Shown: piece after piece, positions 48,479 through 62,279 of the stretch
How positions within the stretch are numbered: position 1 is the first letter of the stretch
How the letters are laid out: the number at the start of each line of letters is the position of its first letter
From: Somniosus microcephalus
Taxonomy: Eukaryota
Direction: 5' to 3'
Length of the DNA stretch: 64,000 nt
Assembly: GCA_052327205.1 (NCBI GenBank)
Contig: CM126204.1
Span: forward strand, 138,880,001 to 138,944,000
Notes under the pieces: model-generated
The model's database searches: none
Seen by the model: the letters and a program-made list of their open reading frames with translations, nothing else
Told to the model about the DNA's origin: nothing
Made by a program: the position numbers and the translations under genes

Positions 48479-50037
48479 ACCTATAGTGTTGAATTCTATG
48501 ATTTCAGATTAAGGGCATGGTAACGCTTGACCACTACATTCAGTGATGCCCAACTTCATAATCTGTACCCATTTCTGGCATTCAAAATGCAAAACTTGGA
48601 TATCAAGCTGCACTTGCATTGACTTTTGAGTTGTTTACTTTGAGGCTTAATTGATCCAAACTTTTTGTTGCTACACTTGAAAGCAAACCTCCGATTTCAA
48701 ATTGCTTCCCATACGTAATCAGATTTTTGCTGACATTAGGTAATGATCCTATCATCTGACGAGTGATTTTGAGGCTGCAGGTTGAGAGTCTTTTAAATTG
48801 AGGCGTGAGGTACTTGTCTGGACTTGCCTGGTTTTGTTCATGTTAAAGGCTTTTTCCCACAGTTATCAGTGAGTGAAACTGAAGTTTCGCTCTGCTTTGA
48901 ATATGACGCATATAATTGGGTCTCAATCCAAAAATACTGTATCACACCTTTGTTTTTTTTTTAAATGGTGATTGTATTCACTGTAAAGGTTGAGGCTTTG
49001 TTGGTTGGACTATTGGTGTCAGCATTTTGACCTTCATGGTTATTTAGGAAATTGAACCGTATTGGTTCTCTAAGTGGGCAAAATAAAGCTTTAAAAACTG
49101 CTGCCCTAACTAGTCCTTGTGTGAAAGCAGATTATGGAATAACTTGAACCGTTTTATTTTTATAAACTATGGAATTAAGTTGAGTGTTACAGCTGGTGGT
49201 TACCATATATAAAATGCTTTGCTCTGAATTCTATTATCAAAATTCGGCGGTGAGTGTTTTAGTAGCCTGGCAAGACTTCATCTTGCCTAGTATTACTGTT
49301 CAGTGCTGACCTAGTGTTGTAGAATTCCAATGGGATAGTGTTGTGCGTGTAAATGTGACGAGTAGGTGTGTTTCGTTCCAGGATGGTTTTCCACACCAGC
49401 TTTTGTTGTGCAGACAGGAAAATGTTCCTTTCTTCTGCTGAGATTCATAAGATCTGCCCTTCGATACTTGATACTTGTGGGAGCAGTGATGGCCTAAGAC
49501 AGACAAAGCTTTTTGAAAGGGGTGCTGAAATGAAGAAAACCCATGAGATTGTATTGCTCGGTTTAGCTCTTCCACCTCAGAATGTTCTTCACTTACAACA
49601 GCAGCCCAAAAAAAAGCATTCTTGACATCCATTGTGCTACAGAAACCAAATTGACAGTGTCTTGAGGTTTAAAATCTGCTAAATGTTAAATATTTGGGAG
49701 CAGGAGGAGAGGTGGAAATGAAAGATTAAATTAACTTGTGTGGGGGAAGGGTGGTATGTAATTGATCTTCTTTCCACTTCCGATTGTACAGGTGATGAGA
49801 ACCTTTTCATTTAAAGGCCTAAATGCAATTTTAATTTTTTTTTTAAATCTGCCCACCTCAAACATGAAGGAATGTGCTCGATAGTTAATCACTGTTTTAA
49901 GTGTGCTGCTAGGCTCTGCAAAGTACTACAAATATCAGGGTGGTGCAAGGACCTTTTTATGAATGGGCTTTTAAAAAAGAATGTTGCTTTTATGCTTCCT
50001 GATTTTTAATGCATGCATTTTGTTTTTTGTCTTGCAG

Positions 50038-50086
50038 AGGTCCTATACTTTGATTGTGGAAGCCTGTGACTACAATAATGACACCA
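50038..50086 (+). CDS. jag1: Jagged1 exon 3 (RSYTLIVEACDYNNDT)
   Basis: TTGCAG| acceptor, A|GTAAGT donor; 49 nt, phase 0 to 1; continues the WP-RSYTL motif. Confidence 0.93.
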
Positions 50087-53000
50087 GTAAGTGTTTGAGT
50101 CTACTTCGGTTACAGATTTGTGCACAGTATAAATAGAAATGGCATGCTCAGTAAGTACACGTTACATCATGTCATTTTTACTTAACCAGGAAGGCTCCGT
50201 TTGGAAGTGTAGATGTAGGTAGGCATTTCCAGATCTCTCCAGTTTGGAGGCTGGATTTGTGGTATAGTTTCTTAGCCAATTGTTATCTAATGTAGAGTAT
50301 GTTTTGATTTTTTTTCCCCACCCCCCCACTAATAACTCAATTTGTCTCTCTCTTGGGCCTTGTTCTGACACTTCATTCCACATTATTAACCTAAAGAGAT
50401 GGTGCAGTCTTGTGGTCATTTCTTAAGCTTAGCCCATTCCCAGTGTCAGACTGTGTGCTGACAGGTGGGCTGGGGGGAGGGGGAAGCCAGTAGGGAGGAA
50501 CACGCCTTACTTGGTTATGAAAATGTTTTTATACAGCTGATGGGTAATGGCAGGTGTTGGGGTCATGCAGGCCTATGGCCTTGACCAGAAGTAATATGCA
50601 CAACTGTATATCATAAACCTGTAATGTATGTGAGGCTTGCATTCCCTCTAGCTATTGCAAAATTCTCAACTGTCTGTATTAACACTTGACTCCAGTTTAG
50701 GATTTCCTGGATTTTTATTTTTTAAATACTTACAAACTGAAATGAGTAACTTACCTGTTGTAGATAGAGAAACTAGATGAAACATAAGCATTTTTAACTA
50801 CAGATTGTTGAACTGCCCTCAACAATTTCTCGTGCTATGTGGTCCCATGTGAAACTGTGACTTGGAAGTGCAGCTGAACCCTATTTGCGACGGGGAGCTC
50901 ATGGATATTACTGGGGTTATAAAAGGCAGAGGTTTGCTATTCGAAAGCATCGGAGACAAATCACCCATTCACTAGAGATGCAGTAAGACTTCACCTGCCA
51001 TGAATTTTTTTTTTTAATTGTTTGATTTTGTACTGCATTTGTCCTACATTACACTGTGTAAATTGGTAGGGTGGGGGAGGGGAAAGCAACATATCTATTC
51101 CTGCTAAACTTTTTGGATAAGTGAGAGTTTATATCTTTGCATTTGTTTTACACAGTTGAGAGATTTGTAATCACACGAAGGGAAGCTAACCTCACATCTA
51201 TAGCAGGTTTATGATGTACAGTTGTGCAAATTAAGGCAATCTTGTATCCGGACAAGTTTAAAATCTACAGATGAGTTTAATATTTCTAGATTCTTGTATG
51301 AACCCTTTTGCTGACCGACTAGATCAACACTTGTGCACCATTATCACAGCCCTGGGTTGGTGGTCAGCCCAGACGGTCACGTTTTGGTGCTAGCCAAGTA
51401 GGGGTATCGATTGAAAACTGGTTGACGGTTAGTTGTTGCAAAGAGAGGAAGCAAAGCAAATGTGTTGCTGTTCTATTATTGAGCTGCTGGGTGCCAAAAA
51501 AAACCTTAACTGGATCAAGAAATATAAATGGTGGATCTGGGCTTTAGAATGTTTTCTTTCTGTTGAAGGTGTACATTAACAGAAGGAACAGGCTGGTACT
51601 GCAGATTATGCCTTAGTAAAACACCTATTTTCTTTTTGGTCCTCTTTGGCGTTAACTAGTGCTTTTGGTGTACGAGTGCAAGGCTATCGATTTCTGGATT
51701 TATTGCACAAAGTGCTCAGAGTTAACTAACAGGAAATCTGTCCGTTAACCTCTAGTTCTTTATTTCAACAGCTGTACTTTTAAATTGGGTTTAATAGTAT
51801 TTACAATACCTTAGGCCAGAAAGTCCTTGGTTACATTTTTTAAACAGGTGGGTATCTTTGGTATGCAAGATTGTTCTTTAAATGTAGGATCAGGAAATAA
51901 CTTTCTTGCCACACCCTATATATAATCTGGTTATTTTCCCTGATCTGTCTGTGCGTGTGTGTACTTTGGAAATTAGACTTGTTCAGGGAAAAGGAAGGTG
52001 TGATACTTTAGGAAACCAAGGGTTAATACTCTTTGTAAATGTGTGGTTTACCTGGGTGATCCTGTGTTTTAATCCGTTGAATTATCATTGTTTTGATGGT
52101 TGACTTTTCCATATTGGTTATCCGGAATTGTTTTAGCACAGTGCTGTGGGGATGTAATAAACGTACATAACATTAATGGCCTGCAGCGTTTAACCCAGTG
52201 AGCAATGGAGTAACCTTTGAAATCTTTTGGAGTCTGACAGCTTATTAGCTCTGTGGAAGTTGTTTGGAAGAAATTTTAGTTGGAAGAAATTTTAGTTGTA
52301 GATGTGTTTCTATAAACGAGTACCACTTTGGTAGGTAACGATTATTTGAACAATGGTCTTTATAATCACAAGGTAGAACCGTTCCCGTTATTAATGTCCC
52401 AAAGCATCAAAACTGCTGGAGAAAGGATATTAGGCTTGTAACAGTTTGACACGTTTGGTTTCAGTTGAACTGGGCCTGCATACTTTATTATGGGTCTAAC
52501 ACAAGTTCAGTTAATTACATTAAACTGCTCAAACTACTGTAGTGGTAATCTGCACTGAAACCATTCTCAAAATTAAAATCGGGTGTTGCCATGCACCTTT
52601 GCAGAGTATTCCCGTTTATCCTACACAACTGCTCTCTTAGCTTTGTGTTAGTAAAATATCTAAAATGCTACGTCGCAGTTGCTTCATGAACTATTTACAC
52701 TGATCTATGCCCCATTACTTAATTTTTTAGAGCTTAAAATAACTTAAGGCTCAACTTGGTTATTAAAATTGTCATAGTATTAGTAAATTACATTAATATA
52801 CCAATATTTATTCATCATTTGGCTTTTTTTTGTATAAGCTGCTAGGATGGTGGTAAATGGTAGTTTATTCTGCCATTTGATCTTTCTTTAACACCAAGAG
52901 GTTGGGCTGGCTGCTGCCATAATTGACCTTGGATTGGGGAAGTACAGTTCAGTGCTATCATTTTTTCTAACTGTGTGTAGATATTCTGGATGTTTTATGA

Positions 53001-53836
53001 TAAATTTTCACATTCTAGCCAAGTGCTGCCGGCAGCAGGTTTAAGGGAAGCGTTAAATCGGGCAGTTGTAGGACTCGGAAGGCACCGTGAAATGCCACAG
53101 AGCTCTATGATGTGCCAGACTGATGTGAAATATTATGGCGGCATAATTTAAAGAGACGCTGTTCCAAGATTGTTTTTTGAAGCCAGAAATGACAGCTAAT
53201 AATAGATAACATCTAAGAGCCAATGTACCATACAAATTCTGATCACCGTGTGAAACCTTTTCTTAAGAGGGCAAGAAGTCTGCCGTGCAGGAGAAGTGTA
53301 ATTCCAAGTGTTTGCAGATATGTTATTGCTGCCAATCCACGGTAGGGTAGAGTAGTCATTCAGTATATGTCGCCCAACATCACGCTTGGTGTTAATTTGA
53401 ACAAACTTAGCCAAACATTGAGATCACTTTAATATCAGAAGCATGTCAAATGTCGGGTTTTTTGACGTGAAGAACAAGTTATCTGTCGACATTTGCACTC
53501 TTAAACAGCTGCAAGGAAGTGTAATGCTGAATATTACTGGTACAAGTATAAGAATACAGAAATTAACCAGCATTGTGTGCAGCAGCCTGTTCAATGGAGC
53601 AGTAATGCATACGATAGTTACTGCTCTTGCTAGGGATTCAGACAAACAAAGGGCTAGCATAGGAACAGAAGGCCATTCAGCCCCTTGAGCCTGTTCCGCC
53701 ATTCAATCAGATCATTTGGAGAGTGGTTATTCTTTAGCAGCATCACCTGAGAATTGGTGCAGTTTTAAAGAGTTGAATTAAGCAACCATTTTCAACATAT
53801 GTATACAGTATTGAAATTTTTTTGTTTTCAACATAG

Positions 53837-54091
53837 GTCCAGGAGACACTATAGAGAAGGCTGTCTATTCTGGGATGATCAACCCCAGTCACCAGTGGCA
53901 AACTCTGCGCCACAATGGTGCTGTCGCCCACTTTGAATACCAGATTAGAGTGATGTGTGACGAATACTACTACGGCTTTGGATGTAACAAGTTTTGCAGA
54001 CCAAGGGATGACTTTTTTGGACACTATACCTGTGATCACAATGGAAACAAGACCTGCTTGGAGGGCTGGATGGGACTTGACTGTAACAAAG
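53837..54091 (+). CDS. jag1: Jagged1 exon 4 (end of C2 plus DSL domain)
   Basis: [15 protein letters not shown]...[40 protein letters not shown]; 255 nt, GT-AG. Confidence 0.97.
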
Positions 54092-54577
54092 GTTAGTGTT
54101 TTTTCTTTTAATGTGACCTGTTGCAATGATTTGTTCAAATTGATTTAATTGTGATGGTGGCTTTTTTAACTTCTTACTACTAGACTTGTATACAAGAGGA
54201 GAAAAGGATGGCATTGGAGCGGAGAAATTAATTTTCTTTTGGAAAAATCCCAGGAATTTAGTGTAGACCAGAAAAGAAAGATTGTGTTCATCAATTAAAA
54301 GCCAAAAAAATCCTTTAACCATTATAACGCAATTGTTGAACTGATATTTCTTCTTTGATATGCAGATCTGAAATAGCTAATGTGTATAAAGCATGCTGTT
54401 AATTCAGTGCTCTAGTATTGGTGGTTCTTTGAATTTAAATCCCATTTGCTGTTTTCAAGCAGAATATACTTTGAGTTCACAGATTATAGTACTGGTGGGG
54501 ATTAAACCATGTCCAGGTGAATGTTTGAAGAGTTGCCCATGTACTGGTTGAATTGTAATACCCTCCTTCTTTTCCAG

Positions 54578-54638
54578 CTATCTGTCGTCAGGGTTGCAGT
54601 CCTGAACATGGTTCCTGCAAAGTACCTGGGGACTGCAG
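54578..54638 (+). CDS. jag1: Jagged1 exon 5 (EGF1 start)
   Basis: AICRQGCSPEHGSCKVPGDCR; 61 nt; TTCCAG| and |GTAAGC. Confidence 0.95.
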
Positions 54639-55024
54639 GTAAGCACATTAGTCCCTCTGAAAGCACTGGGCATTTATTGTAAACATGTGAGTGGGAATAA
54701 TTGGTAACATTGAAAAAGTGCAATTTCCCCCCCCCCCCCCCCAAATGTGTGAAGTTCTTTAGCGCTTTCAGAAAACAATTTTTTTCTGAACCAAGACCCG
54801 CACCAGGATTTAGGACCGAAGTCCATGTAAAACTTTACCGATCTTGCTGTACTACTTCCAGAAACCTTTTTGTTTATAGCCTTTTGAGCACTGCCAGGCC
54901 ACACAATTCCAGGCTTCCTGAGTTTTCTGTTATAGCACCATATTGAAAACAGTTCCAACATGACAGTAATGAAACGACTAAAATGCCAAAAATAAGGTTT
55001 TTTTTGCTGTTACACTTGTCAACT

Positions 55025-55339
55025 TGGCTCAGTAGAAATATTCTGGCCCCCCGAGTCAAAGTTGTGGGTTCAAGCCCCACTCCAGGATTTCAACGCACAA
55101 ATCTAGGTTGACATTTCACTTTTTTGAAGAACAGGAAGTTATCCTGGTGTCCTAGCCAATATTTGTTCCCTCAACCAGCACAAAAAACGGTTTGCTATCT
55201 GTGTAGGACCTTGCTTTGAGCAAATTGCCTGCTGTGTTTGCTTACAAAACATCAGTGGCTACATTTCAAAAGTGATTTATTGGCAGCAAAACACTTGGGG
55301 GCATCCTCGGGATATGAAAGTTGCCGTACAAGTTCTTTC
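55025..55339 (+). mobile_element. Degenerate, internally deleted DeuSINE
   Basis: tRNA head GGTTCAAGCCCCACTCCAG plus SINE 3' part. Confidence 0.7.
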
Positions 55340-58300
55340 TAATAAAAACTCAACCTGTACGACTTAAAAATAAATAAATAAAAAATGTTTTACTTGGAAA
55401 CGTAGGAATATACAGGGCTGATAAAAGGTCATTTCAGTCCATCTGCCTGGCCCTAAGGTTTGAGAGCGGAGTACACAATTAACTATTTTTTACCTGATAT
55501 TTTAACTTTTATTAAATGAATCATACAATTCTGGATTTAGCTCAACACCCTAAATTAATTTTCAATACATGGTTGTTTCGTTCTACCTCCTGGGTTCCAG
55601 TATTGATTATTTTTTTCTTGGAGATGGGACCTGAATCGAATGATACAGCACAGTAGGTGGCCATTCAGCCCATCGTGCCTGTGCCTGTATCTTGAAATGG
55701 GACAAAGAACAGGCTTCAAAGAATTCCACTCCCAAGTCAGTTGAGGCACACGAGTGTAAAGATTTGACATGGTTTTTCATTCATCCTTTTTTAAGTGTCA
55801 TCAAACAGGAAGCATTACTGCTCAACAAGTTTACCACAGACCAATGAAGCTCTGATGAGCTTTGTAAATGCTGCAAGAGTTAAATTGGCATTTTAAAGAA
55901 AAAAGTATAATTACAGTTTAGATGTTTTAAAAGCAATTTTTTTTGTGTAATTGAACAATGGTTTTGGGAACTGTGCCAACATTTATTATTCAAGCAAGAG
56001 ATGATAAATGCAGGAAGAAACCAATTCCCAGAGTATTCTAACGGTCTGTGCTCCTGAGGGAAGGGAGGCTGCTGCCTCGAGACTTTGAGTTGATTCTACA
56101 TTGCTTGCTCTTGACACGGTGATAATCGGCAGTTGCTCTAACTGTAAGCCAGTTAAATTTGGTTCCATGCCCCCCTCCCCTCTACTCATTCTGCCCTTCA
56201 TTTTTCCTTGTTTCCCACCCCCTCCCCCCTCCCCATCCAGCGCATGAATAGCAAATACTTAAGCAGAAGTAAAGCATTCTTTAAAATGGGATTAGCCGCA
56301 TCAGTCTCTGCTCCTCTCGGTTGCACTCAAGTGTTGGGAGGTTAATGGCTGCATGGCATCTTGTCAGCAGCAACTGACGAGTGCAGAATTTCGAGTGCTC
56401 TCCTTTTAATGTTTGACTCTGTTGTAGCTGCTTATCATTTGCAAATTTGACAGCGCAATTGTGGATTAAGTTAAGGAAGTATAGAAATGGAATCGTATTT
56501 TACTACGGTCACATTTAACGAAAGTATGATACTGCCATGTTAAAAGGCCTGTGAGGGGGAGATGGAGAGGAGCTAAAGGAAGGAGCTGGCTGGAGGAGGG
56601 GTGAAGTGAAGGAGGAGTGGGATAACTTGCTTCACTTAACTTACTAGTCCAAAAAGTGAGTGTACAAATTGCTTAAGATGTAACATCCATTTCTCCATTA
56701 ATTATTCTCTCATGAGACTCATGTTAAGCAGAGAGATAATTCTAAGAATTATACTTGTCTCTTCTCGATGTGCAAATATTGTATGTACAGCAGGCTTTTA
56801 ATCTGATGAAGGTTAACTGAACAGATTTGGGCCTAAATTTAAATCCTTAAATTCTATTAACTTTTGCTAATTGCCATTAGGATCAAATCAAAACATCATT
56901 GTTGATGAAAGTGACTGGCGCAGATGTTGCGATCTGTATCAGGAGAGGCTGACATAGATTTGTGCTGCTGTCATCAGAATAAACATGCCTAGCAGGGGTT
57001 ACTGCAGTCGAGCCAGTATAGCGAGCTTTGTTTCTAGGTTCTGGGCCTCCCTTTTTTTTTTGAAACCAGCTCACCTCCCACTCATTGTCTGGACATGCAC
57101 TGGTGATTATTTACTTAAGGTGCAACTTTCCCACAGTTAATTTGCATAGCTGTGCAGCCCTAGACTGAGCATTTGTATCATTTACAATGGGTTCACCATT
57201 TTATTCCACAGCTGGCTGACCTGCTATCTAGTAGGTTAGGAAGTGTGAAGGCATTCGGAGCAAACTAGGCCTTGCGTTCAATTTTTGGATTACAGAACTG
57301 AGCATTGCTTTTCCCGAAATGTGTCTTTAATTATTTTTTTTGTACATTTGATGTCCGCATGTAGCATTTTAATACTGATCTAGTTGAAGTTTATGCGTTT
57401 GAAAGATTTCTAAAGTTGACTTTCTGGTTCCATTTTAATACAATTACTGGCGAAGCCACTTAATAATTAAAAATGCTTAGTTCGTGCTTGAGTGGTTCAC
57501 TGTCTCTGCTGTGCTAACTTCAGCTCAGATTCTGCTGGGTAGGTTAAGATTGCTCATCTGTGCAAATCTAATGGAAATAGTTAAGAATTTCCCATGAGAA
57601 CTTGCTGATGTATATTAAACAAAACAGGGCAATCCTTTGTGGAAGGACTGTTCTGGATTAATACCTAATGCTGGGTTATTTCCCTTTTTAGAAAAGTATT
57701 TTCTTTGGCTTTTTAATTTGAGACTTTTTTAAAGCCGTTTTTGAGTTGGTTAGTAAAAGCTAAGCTTGAAGCAATAGTCCCTTTTTTTCTCAGTCCCCCT
57801 CCTTTCTCTTCCTCCCCCCCCCCCCCCCACCCCCATTTTATAAATAAGTCACTTTCATTAATGCAGTGCAGTTTTTACTGGGCATTGATCTTTTAAAGAT
57901 TGCAACTAATCTCGTATTTCTAATATTGTCAGTTTCATTTTAGATAACCGTTCTACAAAGATGTTTAGCTGCTAATGTAAAGTAGGGGGGGAAAAGTTAA
58001 CAATTTGGGATTGTAAATGTTTATTAGCCTGCAGCTCATTTTAAGGCTGTGCTTGTGTACTTTAATTAGAATTTTTTTGCAGAAGTTTGCTACTGATAGT
58101 TAACGGATGGATTTGTTTTTTTAAAATCCTATAATGAGCAGTTCAGAATGATTTTTGTTTTTCAGGAAAAAACAAAATGCATGTTTAACTCGTGTGGACA
58201 GGTTTATTTTTAATGATTTATTCACTGCTTCGGGTTAATTGCCTTCTCGCCCTGATTCCATGTCGACTCACTATTTACAGATGCCTTGCTTCCCATTAGA

Positions 58301-59575
58301 TTTGCTTTTAAAGCGGCAAAGAATTAGCAGGCTGTGGGTAGAGGCCCTTGCTAAAAGTCTTAACGTTATGTTAACTTTTTAAAAAATCAATCTGATTTAA
58401 GAATCCTCATTCTCTTTTTACCCCCCCCTGCATAAACTATAATTGAGGAAAGTCAAAAATGTAACTTGTAATGTTTGGTTTAACTGGGTAAAGTTATGGA
58501 CAATTTTGGAGACTAACTTTCTGTTATGGTTCCCAGGGAAATAACATGGGAGTCACGAAGGCTGACGGTTTTTAGGTGCCAACAATCTAATTAGCGCTTA
58601 AAAGATTCCTAGTCTATATGGCACTTGCTTTTCTTGCTTTGCAAGTGCTTCCATAAGTCAGTGTTGTAGGTCTTGGATATGATGTACTATTCTTGGTGTG
58701 CCTGCTCCAGCTTTAACTGTCTTACTGTCGAGGCTTGTAATGTTAAACTTGTATCCAGACATCCAGCTGTAACTGTATGAAGTTCAGTTTTGTAGCTACT
58801 TAAACTCATTTTCTCTCTTTTCCCCCCCCCCCCCCCCCTCTACTACACTGGGAAAAGAATATGGAGGGAGGGAATGCCAGAGTATGGGGGGGAAAAAAAA
58901 GTAATGAAATGAAAGACAGCTACCAAAATACAACAGACTGATCGTTTAACCTTTACTGTTGGACAGATCATAGTTAGAAGTAAATTGCTTTCCAGCAGTC
59001 ATTTTAGGGTCAAAGGAAGTGGCTGAACATTGTGTTGGTACATTTCTGTGCAGTAAGCGGTGTCCTGCATGCCAGCAAGAGTTTTTGCTTTTCATCTAGT
59101 TGAAGCTTTCATAAGTGGCCTGCTGGTTCAGCATGTGTGTGCTTTTAGATTTAAAAAAAATTAAGACTGTATGGTTGAAGGTGTAAAACAGCTAACCGGA
59201 ACAGTAAATTTTGACGGTCTGTTATTCAGTGAGTCTCGTGATTCAGGATAGAAGCTGAATTTGATGTTCTCTAAGGAAGGATTTGACACACACCCTTACT
59301 GTGACTCCGTTGTGCTGCGTCTGAAAATAAGATGATATTGTACTTGGTAGAACCATGCTGTGTCTGCCCGAACAGTTACTCTTTTGTGTGAAAGTTGGCT
59401 TCAGACCTTGGAAAGTCTGCCTTAATGTTTATTTATAAGAAACGACAACATCAATAAACAAAGCAGAAAGGAATACCTTTTAGAAACTTTGTTCTTCAGA
59501 AAATTTGAAGAATTGTTTTGCATTTGTAATTTTTAAAAAAATTAAAAAATTAGTGAATGTTTTTCATGTTTACAG

Positions 59576-59706
59576 GTGCCAATATGGCTGGCGTGGGGTA
59601 TACTGCGATAAGTGCATTCCTCATCCTGGATGTGTCCATGGAACTTGCATCGAACCATGGCAGTGTCTCTGTGAAACCAACTGGGGTGGTCAGCTCTGTA
59701 ACAAAG
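59576..59706 (+). CDS. jag1: Jagged1 exon 6 (EGF1-2)
   Basis: [43 protein letters not shown]; 131 nt. Confidence 0.97.
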
Positions 59707-60177
59707 GTAAGCTAAGCTCCATAGATACATTGGTGAGTTGCTAGTGCTCTGAAATGCAGTTGAGAATTTGGATTCAGTACATTAAGTGTGCCATGATTAT
59801 ATTGTACATGTGTAAAACTTAGTGGATTAAAAGGTTGACTTTTATTTGCTTTGTACCCAGTGACAATTCCTATGACTTTTTTAATTGAATGTAAAGCAAT
59901 GGTTGTGTAATTAATCACCAGGAAGTAATTTTTAAACGGAAAATCCACAAATGTACAGCAGACCAGTCAGCAAGTGAATGAGAATGAAAGGTTAATGTTC
60001 TGATGGGGCTTTACCCAAAAAACGATCTTTTCCGTTCAGTAGCTAACTGACCTCCATTTCCATAAAAAAAAATTTTTTTTAACATTTCCAGCATCTGCAG
60101 TTTTTTTTACATATCTCCTGTAAATTTAAACGGATAGCTTCTAACTAGACATGTTCATATTTGTGCTGAATTTCCAG

Positions 60178-60297
60178 ATTTGAACTACTGTGGAACTCAC
60201 CAGCCTTGTTTGAATAGTGGCACCTGCAGCAACACTGGGCCTGACAAGTACCAATGTACTTGCTCTGATGGCTATTCTGGGCAAAACTGCGAAATAG
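60178..60297 (+). CDS. jag1: Jagged1 exon 7 (EGF3)
   Basis: [40 protein letters not shown]; 120 nt. Confidence 0.97.
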
Positions 60298-60339
60298 GTG
60301 AGTGCTATGTTTAAAGATTTGATGACTTACAAAGTATTT

Positions 60340-60535
60340 CCAGCACAAACAGGTCATTCGGCCCAATAGGTCCATGCCAGTGTTTATGCTCCACACGAGC
60401 CTCCTCCCACCCTTCTTATCTCACCCCATCAACAGATCCTCCTCATTCCTTGCTCCGTGTTTATCGAGCTTCCCCTTAAATGCATCAATGCTATTTGCCT
60501 CAACTACTCCGTGGTAGCGAGTTCCACATTCTAAC
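60340..60535 (-). mobile_element. CR1 3' end fragment
   Basis: CAGCACAAACAGGTCATTCGGCCCA...GAGTTCCACATTCTAAC. Confidence 0.7.
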
Positions 60536-60582
60536 TGACTTTGCACTCTCCTATAAAACTCTTAGTTATCAGAGCCCCTTGT

Positions 60583-60960
60583 GATGGTCTAGTTAGCTGA
60601 GCCATTGAGTAGCTGGACTGCACAGATCCAGAAAAGTGTCTCGTTCAATTTGCAGTCTATGCTGAGTCAGTTGGCTTTAGCTGGGGCCGTAGTAATGTAC
60701 TGCAGTTGGCCTCGGCACCTCCAGGTTGGGGGCGGGGGAAAATCACCCGGCATTCCTGTTCTTGATCCACCATCCAGAAAACTCTAGCTGGACACGTGAC
60801 TCTGTGGACAGAATTGGGTTCACCTCTCATGTTTCCTGCAGGCAAATCGCCCACCAACACATTGTCAAGGCCAGCACATAATTAATGGTCACTTGGGCAA
60901 GGTACTGGAGGTTGCCTGGTGCCTGTGAAACTGTATTCAAGGAAGGAATCAGTGCTTGCA
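60583..60960 (+). mobile_element. Older tRNA-derived SINE, second family
   Basis: Similar to 32050-32410 and 47340-47732. Confidence 0.45.
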
Positions 60961-61901
60961 GGAAGAGAAAGGGATAACATTGTCAAAAGGAAAAGAAAAC
61001 AATCGTTTATATAAAAAAAAAATTAAAAAAAAAAAAAATGTTGACACATTACTTAAGGATTAAGTTTTTATGTAAGCTGAAAATAATGGCCAGACTTGCA
61101 GGAGAAAAAATTGGATCCCTGTTTTAGAATTTTTTGGTTTTATCATGCATAATTGTTTTGTACTGTTCTTGAGTGGTACTCCTGCTTTTCTGAAAGCCTT
61201 ATAAGAATTCTCTTAAGGTTTCTCATTCAATTACTTTTTAATTCTTCATAAGCAAATTGCTGTATGAAAAGAGACAAGCTAGCCTGTAGTGAAATCAGTT
61301 TGTGTTCTCTATCTTTTATGATGTACCTTTTTCTGCTGATGGATTTATTACCAGTTTGTTTGTAAGCCTGGCAAATACTTATAGATCAAATCTTTAGGCT
61401 CTTTTGTGGTATTTGGGTTTCTAAGAAGTTTAATGTTCTGTGGCAATTCCCCAAGTTAGAACACAATGATCAACCCATTTTATCAAGGCACTTGCAGAGC
61501 TTGCTGCATTTTTTTTGAGGATCTTTTTAACCGTCTACAGATGCTGTTAGAATATGATTTTTAATAAAACACAAATTTCTCAATTTTAAGTAAACGTGTA
61601 AAGGACTGCATTGTTGGAGCTGGAGATCCTTGTTCTGGCTCAAGTCAGTAATACATCATGGTGCATTGATCAGGCCAGCTTGGCATAAAAGATGATTTCC
61701 TGACACTGAAATCATGGGCTGGTAATGAGAACATAGGATTTGCGTCCAAAAAAACTGCCCGTTTACAGACCTGCACTACGGTGGCCCAGGCTATGGAGGA
61801 GGAGAGGCGGTACGGGGAAGCAAATGATCGATTCGGGTTATGACTTGTAATGAGCTAAAGTAGAATGCTGATTGCTTATCGATATATTCTTTGCACGCTA
61901 G

Positions 61902-62015
61902 CTGAACATGCCTGCATCTCTGATCCCTGCCATCATGGAGGAAGTTGTTCTGAAACCACAGTGGGGTTTGAGTGCCTGTGTGCCCCTGGCTGGACTGGCC
62001 CAACTTGTACTGTCG
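61902..62015 (+). CDS. jag1: Jagged1 exon 8 (EGF4)
   Basis: [38 protein letters not shown]; 114 nt. Confidence 0.96.
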
Positions 62016-62279
62016 GTAAGTACCCTGGTGCTTACAAAGGGCAGAGGGAGGATGCAAAAACAGACACGCGGGTCGTTCTTTCGACTTTATGCTGAGATTT
62101 AATTAAGCGTAAATATTTGTGCTAGCGTCGTGATGATAAGTGAATGAATTGGAAGCAAGTTAAAGGTGCGCGGCTGACCAAATCCAAAAGGGAAAAGGCA
62201 GATGTCAAACTTCAATGCAGTTGTAGAATTTTCTTTTGTTTCTCACTAAATTTTTGTCACTTGTCTTTTATTTGTATAG

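Noticed and set aside
52265-52297. 16-bp direct duplication TGGAAGAAATTTTAGT
   Set aside because: Ordinary local slippage duplication with nothing inserted between the copies.
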